This document shows, in pieces, positions 50,082-62,118 of a stretch of DNA of 64,000 bases. Below the pieces are notes generated by a model. That model was not told the DNA's origin. It searched no databases and worked only from the letters and a program-made list of their open reading frames with translations. Each line of letters opens with the position of its first letter. Positions within the stretch are counted from its first letter, which is position 1. Source of the DNA: Eledone cirrhosa (taxonomy: Eukaryota); contig OZ024760.1 in the NCBI GenBank assembly GCA_964016885.1, forward strand, positions 3,906,001-3,970,000. Reading direction: 5' to 3'. A program made the position numbers and the translations under genes.

Positions 50082-51992
50082 TCACCCTTCGCCTCCTGGG
50101 GACCAGGCCGCACGATTTCCATGGGGGTGTTGGAGGGGTTGTCTGGATGGGTGGTGGTTTCCGGCGGGGTGGGGACGCAGATGTTTGGTGGGGTGGGTCT
50201 GGTGGGATGGGGTGTCTGGGGTGGGGAGACATTTGAGAAGGACGCGGTTGAGTGGTTTCACGCAGGAATTCCCCACATCCTTCTCAAATGTTTCTTTTAG
50301 GGACCTATAAGTTTGTATAGGGACCCTAATCAGTTTTAGGTTCAGTTTTTTGCTATTTTTAATAGAGTGGGCGAAAGTTTTCCCTTCGGTTTTCACCGAA
50401 GGGTCGTTCGTGATGGTCTCCATTAGTGTTTTGTTTTCAGTGTTTATGTAAGTGTAAGTGTAATTTTCTTGTGTTGTGTTTGTTTTTGTCTGTAGTTCTT
50501 GTGTGTGCTTTCGTTTTGTTGTAGGTATTTTGTTTTCAGGAGGTGGGGGTTTTGTTTGTGATGTTTTTGTTGTTTGTGTTGGTGGTTGTATGTTTGTGGT
50601 AGTGTTTGCTGGTTTTTTGCTTTTGTGATGTCTTTTCTTTCTTTTCGAGCGATGGGGTTCTCCCTCGTCTTCACTGGGTGATGGCGAGATAGCCTCATCT
50701 GTTGTATCGTCTGTGTGATTGGGGAGGGGTATGTCTTGGGGAGCTGTTGTGTCTGTATGTGATTTTGCAGTGGTTTTAGGTGGAGTGGGGTTGGGTGGGA
50801 CTGTGTTTGTTGTGGTTATTTTTGTGTGTTGGTGTTGTTGTTGTTGTGGTGGTGTTGGTGGTTGTGTTGTTTTGATGGGTGTCGGCAGAAGAGCCTTTTT
50901 TTGGTTCATTAATTTAGGACAGGAAGCCCTCAGGTGACCCCTGCTAAAGCAATGGTAACATGAAGGCCGCCTACCCTCAACCGAAAAGTTTATGTAGGTG
51001 AGTCCATCCAGGAGTACACGCTGTGGGATCATAGCTATTCGCTCTGGGCTCATTTGCACCAGAACTTCAATGCTAGTCCCATTGAATACATCTCTGGGGG
51101 ACTTTCCTACTGACAGTATTCTGTCTTCATCAAAATTGATGAAGCCGCACAGTATCCACCATATGTTCACCTTTGGTGTGACACTTGTGATTCTGATCTT
51201 TTGTGTCCTTTTTCCCATGTATGTAGGGAAAAAGGTGTACAGGTTGGATACAATTGGCGACACAGAGTAATTTTGGGCCGTCAATTGATCCTTCATGAGT
51301 ACCGAAATACTCCCAAAAAGTTTGCTTCTTTGAATGAATGCAATATCATTCATTGAATTTTTGAAAACCAGTTCAATTTCTTTCTGTGACAATTGGACTG
51401 GTTTTCGGGTAGAATTGGAAACTGTCCTAAAAACTATCGTTTTGAGAGCAGTTTCCTTGCGAATTTCTACCGGAGAATTGATGCTGAAAGCACCATTTTT
51501 TTCGAAAGTGACATATCTCTTAGCGTCCTTTAAAAGTTGTTCAGCATTTGTTATGTCGAGATATATCAATTCTTCCTTCTTTTGAACTTTCTCTGCAAAG
51601 GAGATTTTTGGTTTCTTTGTGGAATCCGTATTGGTGGTGTTGTCATTATTGTTGTTATTGTTGTTGTTATTCTTGTTGTCACCGATGTTGGTATTATCCG
51701 TATTTTCCTTGGTGTTGTTGTTGTCTTTGATGCTGGTGTTATTGGTGTTGTCTTTATTTTTTTCTTTGTTGTTGTTATCATTGTTGCTTTTATCATCATT
51801 ATTGATGTTGCTGTTATTTTTGTTGTCATTGAATTGTTTGGTGTCATTTGTGTTGTTTGAATATGAATTCGTTTTTACATTTTCATTTTGTCTTTCCATC
51901 TCTATAGTATCTAGTGAAGAAGACGTTGTTGACTGCAAGCTTTGTAGTCTTACCGCCTCTCCACCACCATTATCGTTGGACGCAGCGTTCAT
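50082..51992 (-). CDS. Tx1 ORF1 nucleic-acid-binding protein (Asn-rich N-term, CCHC zinc knuckle, Pro/Thr-rich tail)
   Basis: 636-aa open frame; EGRRPSCYHCFSRGHLRASC. Confidence 0.88.
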   Translation of the reverse strand: MNAASNDNGGGEAVRLQSLQSTTSSSLDTIEMERQNENVKTNSYSNNTNDTKQFNDNKNNSNINNDDKSNNDNNNKEKNKDNTNNTSIKDNNNTKENTDNTNIGDNKNNNNNNNNNDNTTNTDSTKKPKISFAEKVQKKEELIYLDITNAEQLLKDAKRYVTFEKNGAFSINSPVEIRKETALKTIVFRTVSNSTRKPVQLSQKEIELVFKNSMNDIAFIQRSKLFGSISVLMKDQLTAQNYSVSPIVSNLYTFFPTYMGKRTQKIRITSVTPKVNIWWILCGFINFDEDRILSVGKSPRDVFNGTSIEVLVQMSPERIAMIPQRVLLDGLTYINFSVEGRRPSCYHCFSRGHLRASCPKLMNQKKALLPTPIKTTQPPTPPQQQQHQHTKITTTNTVPPNPTPPKTTAKSHTDTTAPQDIPLPNHTDDTTDEAISPSPSEDEGEPHRSKRKKRHHKSKKPANTTTNIQPPTQTTKTSQTKPPPPENKIPTTKRKHTQELQTKTNTTQENYTYTYINTENKTLMETITNDPSVKTEGKTFAHSIKNSKKLNLKLIRVPIQTYRSLKETFEKDVGNSCVKPLNRVLLKCLPTPDTPSHQTHPTKHLRPHPAGNHHPSRQPLQHPHGNRAAWSPGGEG

Positions 51993-52210
51993 AACGTAAT
52001 CAAAATTTTACAATATCTTTTTCCAAGATTCGATGGAGAAACATTTTTTAAATGGATATTCTGCCCCTGTAGGGGCGAAAATGAGTTGGCCTACCACCTG
52101 AAGGTTCAGACGGGTGGTCAAGTTACACAATGATATAAAATTTAACTAAAAACTCACGTTTTTTTCTTACATAAATTAACGGAAACTTCTCCGCGAAGTT
52201 ACACACGTCT

Positions 52211-52282
<72 letters not shown>
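52211..52282. repeat. (GATA)n microsatellite separating the two Tx1 copies
   Basis: Direct reading. Confidence 0.98.
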
Positions 52283-52499
52283 TGTTTCTTTATTTACCAT
52301 AAAGGCATAAAAAGAAGGGACAAATACAAAGGGGGAGTTTACATACAATCGAGTAAAAAGGGTATAAAATGAAAATAATCGAAAACAACCTCAAAAGGGA
52401 GGGGACGTGATGGGGGTTGCACACACACCCGAAAAAGTGTGCAATCCTTTGCCCGGGGAGCACATGGAGAAGGTGCTCCCCTCTCCTTCACTTCTTTAC

Positions 52500-55400
52500 C
52501 TACAGGATGGTATACAGAGAAGGCCCATTTACACGAGCCATTCTCGCCACTATCACCCACCTTTCATAAAACTGGCTGTGGCCAAGCACCTCTCTCTCCA
52601 TTCTTATCCTTCTTCCGAAGTGATATCGGAAGAAGTAGACCAGACTATGGCCAGAGAGGAAGTTGCCTGACCTCAGACCTTTCAATCGTGTCCACCAAAC
52701 AACCTCTTTCAACATGGCTATTACGCACAGAAAAACCGCCTTTGCTTCCTTTGTGAAGAGGGGAGGCGGTTTGATTGTCATCACGGACTCGGCGGTCAAT
52801 CGAATCGGCGCCACCCGCGACAGCAGTCGTTCGGCGTAGCCCCACAGATCAGCCACGCCCGGACATTGCACCAATGCGTGCGCAACGGTTTCTTCGTGAC
52901 GCACGCATCTAGGGCAAATCTTTTTCGAGGGATCCCTGCCCGGGCGCCCGTGTCTGTAGAGCCTCTCTCGAACGGGTAGAGCCTCCCGGTAGCACTGCCA
53001 GGCTAGTGACTACTGGAAGTTGTCCATTGGTCCCGGGCCGAAAGTCCTACCGAACAGGCTGGCCAGTTCGTCCTCTTCCATGTCCAGCGACTCTCCAAGG
53101 GTGTCATCGCCCCTGCTAGCCACCAGCCCTCTATAGAATGATGAGGTAGATTCTCCACCGATGGCCTGGCCCGCTTGCCAGAGAGCCCTGAGCGCCTGAG
53201 CACACTCAGTGTGCCAGTCTCCCAGTTTTCCGGATCTTTGCTTGACCCAGGACTGCAGCTCGGTGAGCGAGACGAGTCTCGGAAAGGCTCGTTTCACGAA
53301 CGGAGCCCACACCGGTTGACCAGTGAGGAATACTTGTAGGTGCCGTAGCCTTAATGCGTGCCTACGCATCATCAACCACGGCATCCCCAGCCCTCCTTTC
53401 GAAGGTTGTTGGCAGCAGATGGATCTTCTCACCATAGGAGGGCGCTTCTTCCATAGAAATTGGAAGAGCATGGTGGTGAGTGTATCCTTAGGGCAAGGCA
53501 CGACAGTCAGGCGGTAGTAAGTGACGGACGCTATGTAAATGTTCGCCACCTCCGCCCGGCCTTTTAGGGACAGCTTACACTTGGCCCATTTCTGGGTTAG
53601 TGCAAACACCTTGTTCGTAACCTCGTCCCAGTTCTTTTTCACCTGGAGGTCCGGTCCAAACCAGACCCCAAGCAACTTTACCGGGCCCTCCGTCCAGTGT
53701 CCGACGACACCGTTGGGAGGCATCGGTCTGCCTCTCCACGTTCCGAGTTGCAGCCCGATGGATTTTTCCCGGTTCAGTTTCGCTCCTGACAACCTTTCGT
53801 ACTCCTCCAGTAAGGTACCGATCGCCTCTATCTCCGAGTCGGTCGATACCATTACTGTTACGTCATCGGCGTAGGCCGACACCGCTTTGCTCAATCCTGG
53901 TTCCAGGGGGATACCCTGCAACAAATACAACTTCCTCAGTAAAGGCTCGAGAGTCAATAAGTACAGAAGGGAGGAGAGAGGGCACCCCTGTCGAATGGAT
54001 CGTGTGATTTCGAACGGCTTCGAAAGGTAGCCGTTCACCTTGATCCTAGAACAGATGTGGTTGCTATGTAAGGCAGTGATCCAGCCTCTGAAAACAGGAC
54101 CGAACCCAGCCGCCGCTAGCACCGCATCCAGGTAACCATGGTCGACCCTATCGAAGGCCTTAGACTGATCCAAGTTGATCAGGGCCCCACCGAAGCCGGG
54201 TTTGTTGCCAACCCTCTCTATGATGTATCGCATGAGGTGGAGGTTATCGTGAATGGACCTGGATGGGATAGCACATGTCTACGCATCTCCCACCAGGCTA
54301 CCTACGACAAGCGCCAACCTCTTTGCTAACACCTTGGCCAAAATCTTTAACTCTGTGTTTAGCAGGGTTATGGGCCGAAAATTATTTATACTATCCCCCT
54401 TGTTCTCGTCCTTCCTCACCAGCGAGACTACGCCCTTGGCTACAGAACAAGGAATTCTCCCGTTCTGCCAATTGCAGTAGACCGCTTCGAGGAGTTCGGA
54501 GAAGAAGACCGGCATTGCTAAATAAAGTTCGTAAGGTATACCATACTGCATTGGCTCAGCGCATCCCCGATCTCATCAGCCGAGATTGGTCCCTCGCAGG
54601 ACTCTGCCTCTTCGCTTGAGAGACGCGGCAGGCCGTCGAGGTATGGACCGAAATCCACGTCCCCGCCCGGACCCTCGCCTCCCCCGAATAATCGGGCAAA
54701 GTGCCTTTGAAAGGCCTCGCACATCTGCTTAGGCTCCCGGATCACCCGTCCATCCTCGTCTTGCAACGACCGGATGGTGGATCGATTTCCACTCTTAGCT
54801 TCTGTCACGCGGGCCCAGCCAACGGCTTTGGCCCCCTCATTACCTAGAGCACGTATTTTACTTCGAATGACGCAGCCTTCGTGCTTTGCATCGAAAAACT
54901 GGTTCAAGGCCGTCCTCGATGCCAGTAGTCTGGCCACATCTTCGCTCTTGATTGCCTCTTCTAATTTACCTGTTAATTCTTTCTCGTTTCTATTCCTATC
55001 GGCAGCTAACATCTTGCTATAACTTATTGATTCTGTTCTAATCTCTCTTTTGAGAGATGCCCACCATCGGTTGTTGACGATTGCACCCGTCAACCTCTCC
55101 TTAACTAATCTGCTAATCCGGTTTCTGTAAGTCTCTTTTGCCGGTAAAGACAAATTAAGTTTCCAGTAACCGGGACCCTGTTTATGTGTTTTCTCGAGAT
55201 TGACTACGCAGGTCACTAATTTGTGATCCGTATAGCCAACCGTGAGCATTTCTGGACAGCTTAATATGTCCCTATCCTTACTTCTAACTAAGAATCTATC
55301 TAAGTACGATCTAGATTGACCACTGTGGTTCGTCCAAGTCCAGGTAGGCACAGTTGGAAAATCTAGTCGATATCTATCGACCAAGTTAAAACGGTCGAGT

Positions 55401-55899
55401 AACCCCTTGAAGCTGTTACACCCCCCTCTATTAGGACATGCTCCTGCATAGTCCCAACGTGCATCTAGGATGTCATTCCAATCTCCCGCTAGAAGCAGGG
55501 AACGCGACGTTCCCAGAAAAGTCTCCAAACGCTGGAAGAAGTCGGGCCGTTCAGCTCCGAAAGGGGAGTAGACGGCGACCAGTCTCAAGGCCGCACCTTC
55601 ACTACTGCCAACGTCTAGCGCCAACAAACGACCCTCCGGGTCCGAGTGAACAACCTGTACGGCAAGACCCAGGTGTTTTTGCAGCAGTACGACAACCCCA
55701 CCCCCACCTCAAGGTTGACAGAGAGATGCATGCACCTCAAAGTCATCGAAGGTAGCGGCCAGCTGCCGCACGACGCTGATCCGAGTCTCGCAGATAACCA
55801 TTACATTTATACCACATGACCTGAGGTCATTTAGAAGCTTTGCTTGCTTCCAAGTTGAACCCACGTGCATTCAAACATCCTACTCTTAACACATCCATG
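52500..55899 (-). pseudogene. Tx1 ORF2 (APE-RT) with several frameshifts/stops
   Basis: MDVLRVGCLNARG, GDWN, YLDR, TDHK, DQSKAFDRVDH, IRQGCPLS, AYADD, LLGVWF. Confidence 0.95.
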
Positions 55900-55932
55900 T
55901 GGGCGGCAAAGCCAAAGGAGAGTGTAGAGACT

Positions 55933-57811
55933 TACCTTTCTGCTTCCCGGGGTTCGGGTCGCACGACTTCCATGGGGTCGGGGGTGTTGGGTGAAGGGGT
56001 GTCTTGTGGTGGTGTGGGGTCGTCAGTGTGTGGTGGGGTTGGGGTGTTTGGAGTTGTGTTGGGGAGGGGAAGGGGAGGGGGGAAAGCTTTTTAGTAAGAC
56101 GCGGTTTATGGGTTTGACAGAGGGTGGTCCTACGTCCTCCTTAAAATCCTTTTTTAGTTTTTGGTAGAGGTTCATTGGGATCTTTATTAATTTTAAATGT
56201 GGGTAGTTTTCTGAAGAAACAAAGTTTACACCTTCGGTTTGTACCGAAGGATTATTGTTTATGAGTTCATTTAATTTATTATTGTTTCTGTTGATGTAAG
56301 TATAGTGTAATGTCTTTTTTTCGGATGGTGTGAGTGTTTCGAAGAGGGGAGGGGCAGGTTTGGTTTTGTTTGTTGCTGGAGGGGTGTTTTGTGTTTTGTT
56401 GGATTGTGTTGACATTTGGGTGGGGGTTGTTTGGCCTTGTGTGTTTTGCACATGTTTTCTTTTTTTCCTTTTAATCTGTCTGAAGGACTCCGTTTCTTCC
56501 TCCGAATTCGTTGGGTTATCTTCAGTGTTGGAGGGAAGAGGTATGTTTGCTGGTAATGTTTCCGTGTTGGTTTTCTTTGTGGGGGAGATGGATGTCACTA
56601 TGTTAGACTGTGTTGTGTGTTGTGGCTGCGGTGGTTGTGTTGTTTTATTGAGTGAGGGGTTGGGTGGGCCTGTATTTTGTTTTGGGGTAATGTGTTGCGA
56701 CTGTTTGTGTTGTGGTGGTGGTGTAGTTTTACTGAGGGACGGGTTGGGTGGGACTGAGTTTTGTTGTTTGTTTATCTGTTGTGGTGGTGGTGGTGGAGCT
56801 GGTGTTGGTAGCAGGGTTTTCTTTTTGTTGAGTTGGGGACAAGCCGCCTTCAGGTGCCCTCTGCCTGCACAGATATGACAGGACGGCCTTCTCCCCTCCA
56901 CGCTAATGTTTATATACCCGTGGCCCTCTAATAGGATTCATTTGCACTACAAGTTCTATACCTGTTCCACTGAACGCATTGCCTGTGGTTTTCCCAATGG
57001 AAATCACGTTGTCATTTGCTGGATCGATGAAGCCAGCTATGAGCCAGCAGTAGTCCACATCTGGCATCATTGCATCCAGCCATATGCGTTGAGTTCTTTT
57101 ACCCATATAAGATGGATAAAAGGTAAAAAATTTTGAACGAATCGGTGACAAAGCACATTTTTTTGCCGCCGATTCGTTCTTCATAATAATCGCTAGGCTT
57201 CCATACAGTCTGTCTTTTCTTATGAAAGTGGTTTCATTAAGTACTTCTGTAAGTACTGTTTTGATTTCTGTTTGAGTTGGCTGTTCAGGTTTTTTAGAAA
57301 TGTTGTTGATGGTGCGGAAAACGACCGTTCGACTTTCAATGTCTTTGGTGAGTTCTTGAGGCATTTTTACCGATAAAATACCATTTTCTCCTTCAGTTAT
57401 ATATTGTTTGGCGTCTGTAATTCTTTGTGCCACATCTGAAATATTTTCAGGTATATATGTCAAAGATTTCTTTGTTGTTTGTGCAAATGAAATATTATTG
57501 GTGTTGACTGTGTCGTCTGCTTTGCTTTCTGTTATGATGTTGTTTTCAAATGTTATTTTTGTGTTTGTCGTGTCTTTGTTTGTGGTATTAATATTGTCAT
57601 GCAATTTTTCAAATTTTTTTTTTTCGTTGTTGGAATCAATGTCCAGATTTGTGTTTTCGTCATTTTTCTCCGCAGATTCGTCTGTTTTTATTTTATTTTT
57701 TCTTTCCTTCTCTATGACGTTAGTTGGGAAGGAAGGGGGGACTAAAGCGTGCGAGCTTACAACTCTTACCGCTGTCCCCCCACCACTATTTTCGTTAGCT
57801 TCGTTTAACAT
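55933..57811 (-). pseudogene. Tx1 ORF1, frameshifted
   Basis: Homologous to 50082-51992; EGRRPSCHICAGRGHLKAAC. Confidence 0.88.
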
Positions 57812-58056
57812 TTCTGTCAGACGATTGAAATTTTTTATGCCACAAAATTTTTAAAAACAGGTTTTTCACCCCTAGGAGGGGTAAAGATGAGCTGACCCAC
57901 CGCCTGACAGTTCAGACGGGGGGTCAAGCTACACAATAGTATCAAAATTAAAATTGAACTTACAAAATTTCCGCAATAAATTTTAACAAAACTTCTGCGC
58001 GAAGTGAATTACATCTACGCTGTAGAACAGACGACAGCTAGATTATATGCATACAT

Positions 58057-58153
<97 letters not shown>

Positions 58154-58459
58154 GATAGGTAGGTAGAGAGAGCGAGAGAGGGAGAAGTGAGAGAGAGGTG
58201 AGGGAAAAGTGAGGAGAGATGTGAGGGAAAAGAGAGGAGAGAGGTGAGGGAAAAGAGGGGAGAGAGGTGAGGGAAAAGAGAGGAGAGAGAGAATAGAGAG
58301 ATAGATAGATACATAGACAGATAAGTAGATAGGTAGGTAAATAGACATGTGTATGTAAGTGTTAATACATGCATGAGTTTATGAAGACACACAGACACAC
58401 ACATGAATGTGTTTGTGTGATTATAATCTGTGTCGGTGTGCATATATATATATATATAC

Positions 58460-58602
58460 GATATTAATAAATATGGTTTTATAAATATAGTTTCCATTTA
58501 TTAATATCGTATATCTACTCCAAATATTTGTCGAGTGCTTTATATCAGTTATAAAAATATTTGCTTGTTGTATCCCAACAATTTAAATAAAACTTTTGCA
58601 TA
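58460..58602 (+). repeat. Solo 3'-terminal fragment of PLE-J type
   Basis: Homologous to rc of 25630-25765. Confidence 0.75.
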
Positions 58603-58821
58603 TATGTATATATATATATGTCTATAAGTGTAGGCATACACATGCATGTATGTTTATACATTTATGAGTTTGTACATAAGAGACACGTGGACAGAAGTTA
58701 CTGAAAGCATAACTATAATGCAATTAAACAAAAATGGAATTGTTTAGAAAATAAATGATCCAGAGACGCCATCCATATGAAAAAACAATAGTTAAGTTAG
58801 TGTTATATTCAATGTATGTAT

Positions 58822-59000
58822 GTATGGTCCCGTAACTCCTGATAGAGTCGGAGGGGCACCGTATTGACATACGGCGTTTCTTGGGCATTTTAAACCTGGC
58901 GGGGCCCATCCCCCTCCAGGTCTGAGTACAGCAGATTTCTGCCAGAGAAAGATAGAAAGTGAGAGAGAGGAAATGAGAAAGAGATATAGAGGAAGAATCC
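58822..59000 (+). repeat. Dispersed repeat; inverted diverged partner at 62680-62870
   Basis: atggtcccgtaactcctga..cagcagatttc..gagaaagagatatagagga. Confidence 0.7.
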
Positions 59001-59004
59001 ACCC

Positions 59005-59145
59005 CAGTATTAGACTGGTACTTTTTTTATCGACCTCGAAAGAATGAAAAGCAAAGTAGACCTCGGCGGGATTTGAACCGAGAGAGGAGAGAGCTGGAAT
59101 GAATACTGCAAAGCGTTCTATCCGACGTTCTAAGCCAATTCGCCG
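59005..59145 (-). mobile_element. SINE (same family as 38870) ending in a 34-bp palindrome
   Basis: gactggtact..gacctcggcgggatttgaacc. Confidence 0.7.
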
Positions 59146-59857
59146 GCGAATTGGCTTAGAATACAGTGGATATTATAAAGATAATTATGTGGTCATTAAA
59201 AAAAACAAAAACAATATTAATGAATAACTAAATATATTTTCCTTTTGTTTGTCAAGTAGGGGAGACAATTCCGTATATATTAAACGATTTATACACATGT
59301 AACATCTGGAACAATACGTATCTCATTCGGTGTGTTATCGTGACGCACTAACGAAATTTGATCCATGAAAGTTGAGTTAACGATTCAAAACCAGCCGGCT
59401 CGCTATCCAGAAGGCGCCGTGTCCATCTTATCCGTATCAAGCCGCCAGTGTATGCAGACTTTATACATTATTTGGAAAACGGAAGATATTATAAAACCAT
59501 TGACACATATTGAAGTAGGAATAGGAACGATTTGTACAAAGTGATGTGATATGCATTGAAAGATATATGTATATATGAGCCGATCTAAGGTCTGATCACA
59601 GTAATATTATCGGGTTGTACTTTAGTACATTAGATTAAAGCCAATTTCCGTTAGCTAGCTTGTTAGAGTTGAAATTGTTTATGGAAATTGCAAATACTTA
59701 CAGCATGAATGGCCGACCTTAACTGTATTCTTATTAAATACTTCATAATATTTGAGTTATCAACAAAAAAAAAAGTAAATAAAATAAAATAAAGATAGCA
59801 ATCAAATCTTTGATAATAACAGTCGGACATTTTGACAAAATATTCGGTTATACGTTG

Positions 59858-60049
59858 CAGACGTGCCAACCTCTAAAAACCTAAACGTGGAGTATCATGA
59901 AAAAAAGTGCCCCCAAAACGGGGGAAACGAGGCAAAATGGGGAGATTTTACATAATGAAAGCTATACCCATTTTGAGAGAAGACATCTCTCAGCCACTCC
60001 AAAGTGGATGGGAGATCTCCCCGCCGGACGGGGAGAGTTGACAGGTTTG
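59858..60049. mobile_element. MITE (non-autonomous DNA transposon)
   Basis: Imperfect TIRs cagacgtgccaac / gttgacaggtttg; internal ggggaga repeats; possible degenerate TSD acgttg/atgttg. Confidence 0.55.
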
Positions 60050-60492
60050 ATGTTGATAGATTGAGGAACTTCATTGTTTCAAACGAAATGAACGGAACTC
60101 ATGCAGAAAAACATTCGGCTCTACACTCCTGATTTGTCCAACCTCTTCACTCTTCTAATTTCACTCTCGTTTCTTTCTCCATGACAGACAAACGTGCGAT
60201 ACAGCGAAAACACTTCTTTTCTGACAAGCATCAGCCTAATAATTTTTGTTTCAAAGTGAATGCATTTGACTTTTTTACCATTGGTTGTTAGTAAATATGA
60301 AGTATTGACTGCTAGAATTTTAACTATAATTATATATATATTTTAACTTTAATTATATATATATATATACATATATATTGAAAACAAAGCGAGGTTTCAC
60401 ATTAAGGTATTTGTTGATTATACATACTTACGACTGTTTCACAGATGGGTGGCTCAGGATCTATATTAAGGCTATAGACCCGACTCCAACTG

Positions 60493-60546
<54 letters not shown>

Positions 60547-60574
60547 AGCAGATGCAGTTGGAGTCGGGTCTATA

Positions 60575-60644
<70 letters not shown>

Positions 60645-61412
60645 GCACACATATATATATGAATGTACATATATGTTTGTACGTATATGTGTGCATATGA
60701 ATGCGTGTGTTTGTAAGTTATTTACACTCCTCTCCCCCTCAACGTTTTTCAAACCCCGCGTTTCCTTTTACTTTTTCCTATTCTCTGACCGTTCCCCCTC
60801 TCCCAGTAATCCCAATCTATATTTCCTTCAACACCAATTTCGTGAAAATGCGATAACTATAGCAGGAGAGAGAGAGAAATCAGCAACATCCTTTTGGCAC
60901 GCCAGTGAGCCTCTCTATCATCCGTCGTCTGCTTCATTGAATCACTGAATCACTAAACCTGACACATGATAGATGACGTAACGTTGCATGGACTGCATGT
61001 CTCGTGTTATAGCAGGTCACGTGATTATAACCAATCCTTCGTTTGATGACGTAACGTTCTATTTCCCTCTTCTTTCCCCTCCATTTTCTCTTATCCTCTT
61101 TCATCACTGCTTCTCTCTCTCTCCCTTTCCATATCTCTCACCGCATCTATCTTTCCATCCACACAGGAAACGCTTGTTTGTGCAAGATGAAAACTCCATC
61201 TAGAAGCTTCCAAACACAAACAATGCTGTTTATGTTAGCTAGCAAACCTCCCCACCAGACACTAGCTACACATAACCCGGACCATCCAAGCTTGTCCGGC
61301 TCCACCAACAAACTTTCCCTCCTAACCAACCAACCAACCGACCGACCAGCCAGCCGTTAGTCAGTCAAAGAGAGCTTGCCATAGAGAGAGAGAAGCAGAG
61401 AGTAACAAAGCA

Positions 61413-61481
<69 letters not shown>

Positions 61482-61830
61482 GAGAGAGACCGACAAGGCG
61501 AGAGAAAGAAAGACAAGGCGAGCGAAAGAAAGCAAGACAAGAGAGAAGCAGAGAGAGAAAGAGAACGAGAAAAGGAATAAAAAATAGTTGCCATGAATAA
61601 TGATGTAGTGGAGGTGGAAGATTGGAGGAGGAGGAAGAAAGTTATACTTTTTGGTGCGGATTGACAAGGGGTGGGGGACTCTGTTTTCGCCACCACTTCG
61701 TCAAGTTATCCCTCTCAGACTCCAACATGTCACCATATGAAAACATAGATGAGAGGTGTTCAAGTCTCATCCGCTTCATCTGGAATTCGTTGTTTTTGTT
61801 GTTGCTTCCGGCCACCCTTTCTTACACCTC

Positions 61831-62118
61831 CTCACTGGCATTGATTGTAGCCTAGAAAAGGGTCCGTCGGCTTTTTGTTGTTGCTGTTGGCCACTCTCCC
61901 CTACACCGCCCTCGCTGGCATTGATTGTAGCCTAGAAAAGGGTCCGTCGGCTTTTTGTTGTTGCTGTTGGCCACTCTCCCCTACACCGCCCTCACTGGCA
62001 TTGATTGTAGCCTAGAAAAGGGTCCGTCGGCTTTTTGTTGTTGCTGTTGGCCACTCTCTCCTACACCGCCCCTCGCTGGCATTGATTGTAGCCGAGAAAA
62101 GGGTCCTTCGGCTTTTTG
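61831..62118. repeat. 80-bp minisatellite, ~3.6 copies
   Basis: ctc(a/g)ctggcattgattgtagc at 61831, 61911, 61991, 62072. Confidence 0.95.

Larger units (their letters stand above)
46862..52210 (-). mobile_element. L1/Tx1-clade LINE copy 1, between (GATA)n tracts
   Basis: ORF1 with CCHC knuckle; ORF2 with APE, RT and C-terminal CCHC; AATAAA at the 3' end. Confidence 0.95.
52284..58042 (-). mobile_element. L1/Tx1-clade LINE copy 2 (diverged sister family), full-length
   Basis: Same architecture as copy 1; followed by (GATA)n at 58057-58155. Confidence 0.95.

Noticed and set aside
52060-52085. gcccc-tgta-ggggc-GAAA as an antisense hammerhead
   Set aside because: No core upstream, and GAAA is not conserved in copy 2
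60970-61062. Two gatgacgtaacgtt CRE-like motifs as a host promoter
   Set aside because: No associated exon or ORF is visible; too little support
61831-62118. CRISPR-like array
   Set aside because: Whole units repeat without unique spacers; eukaryotic context with no cas genes
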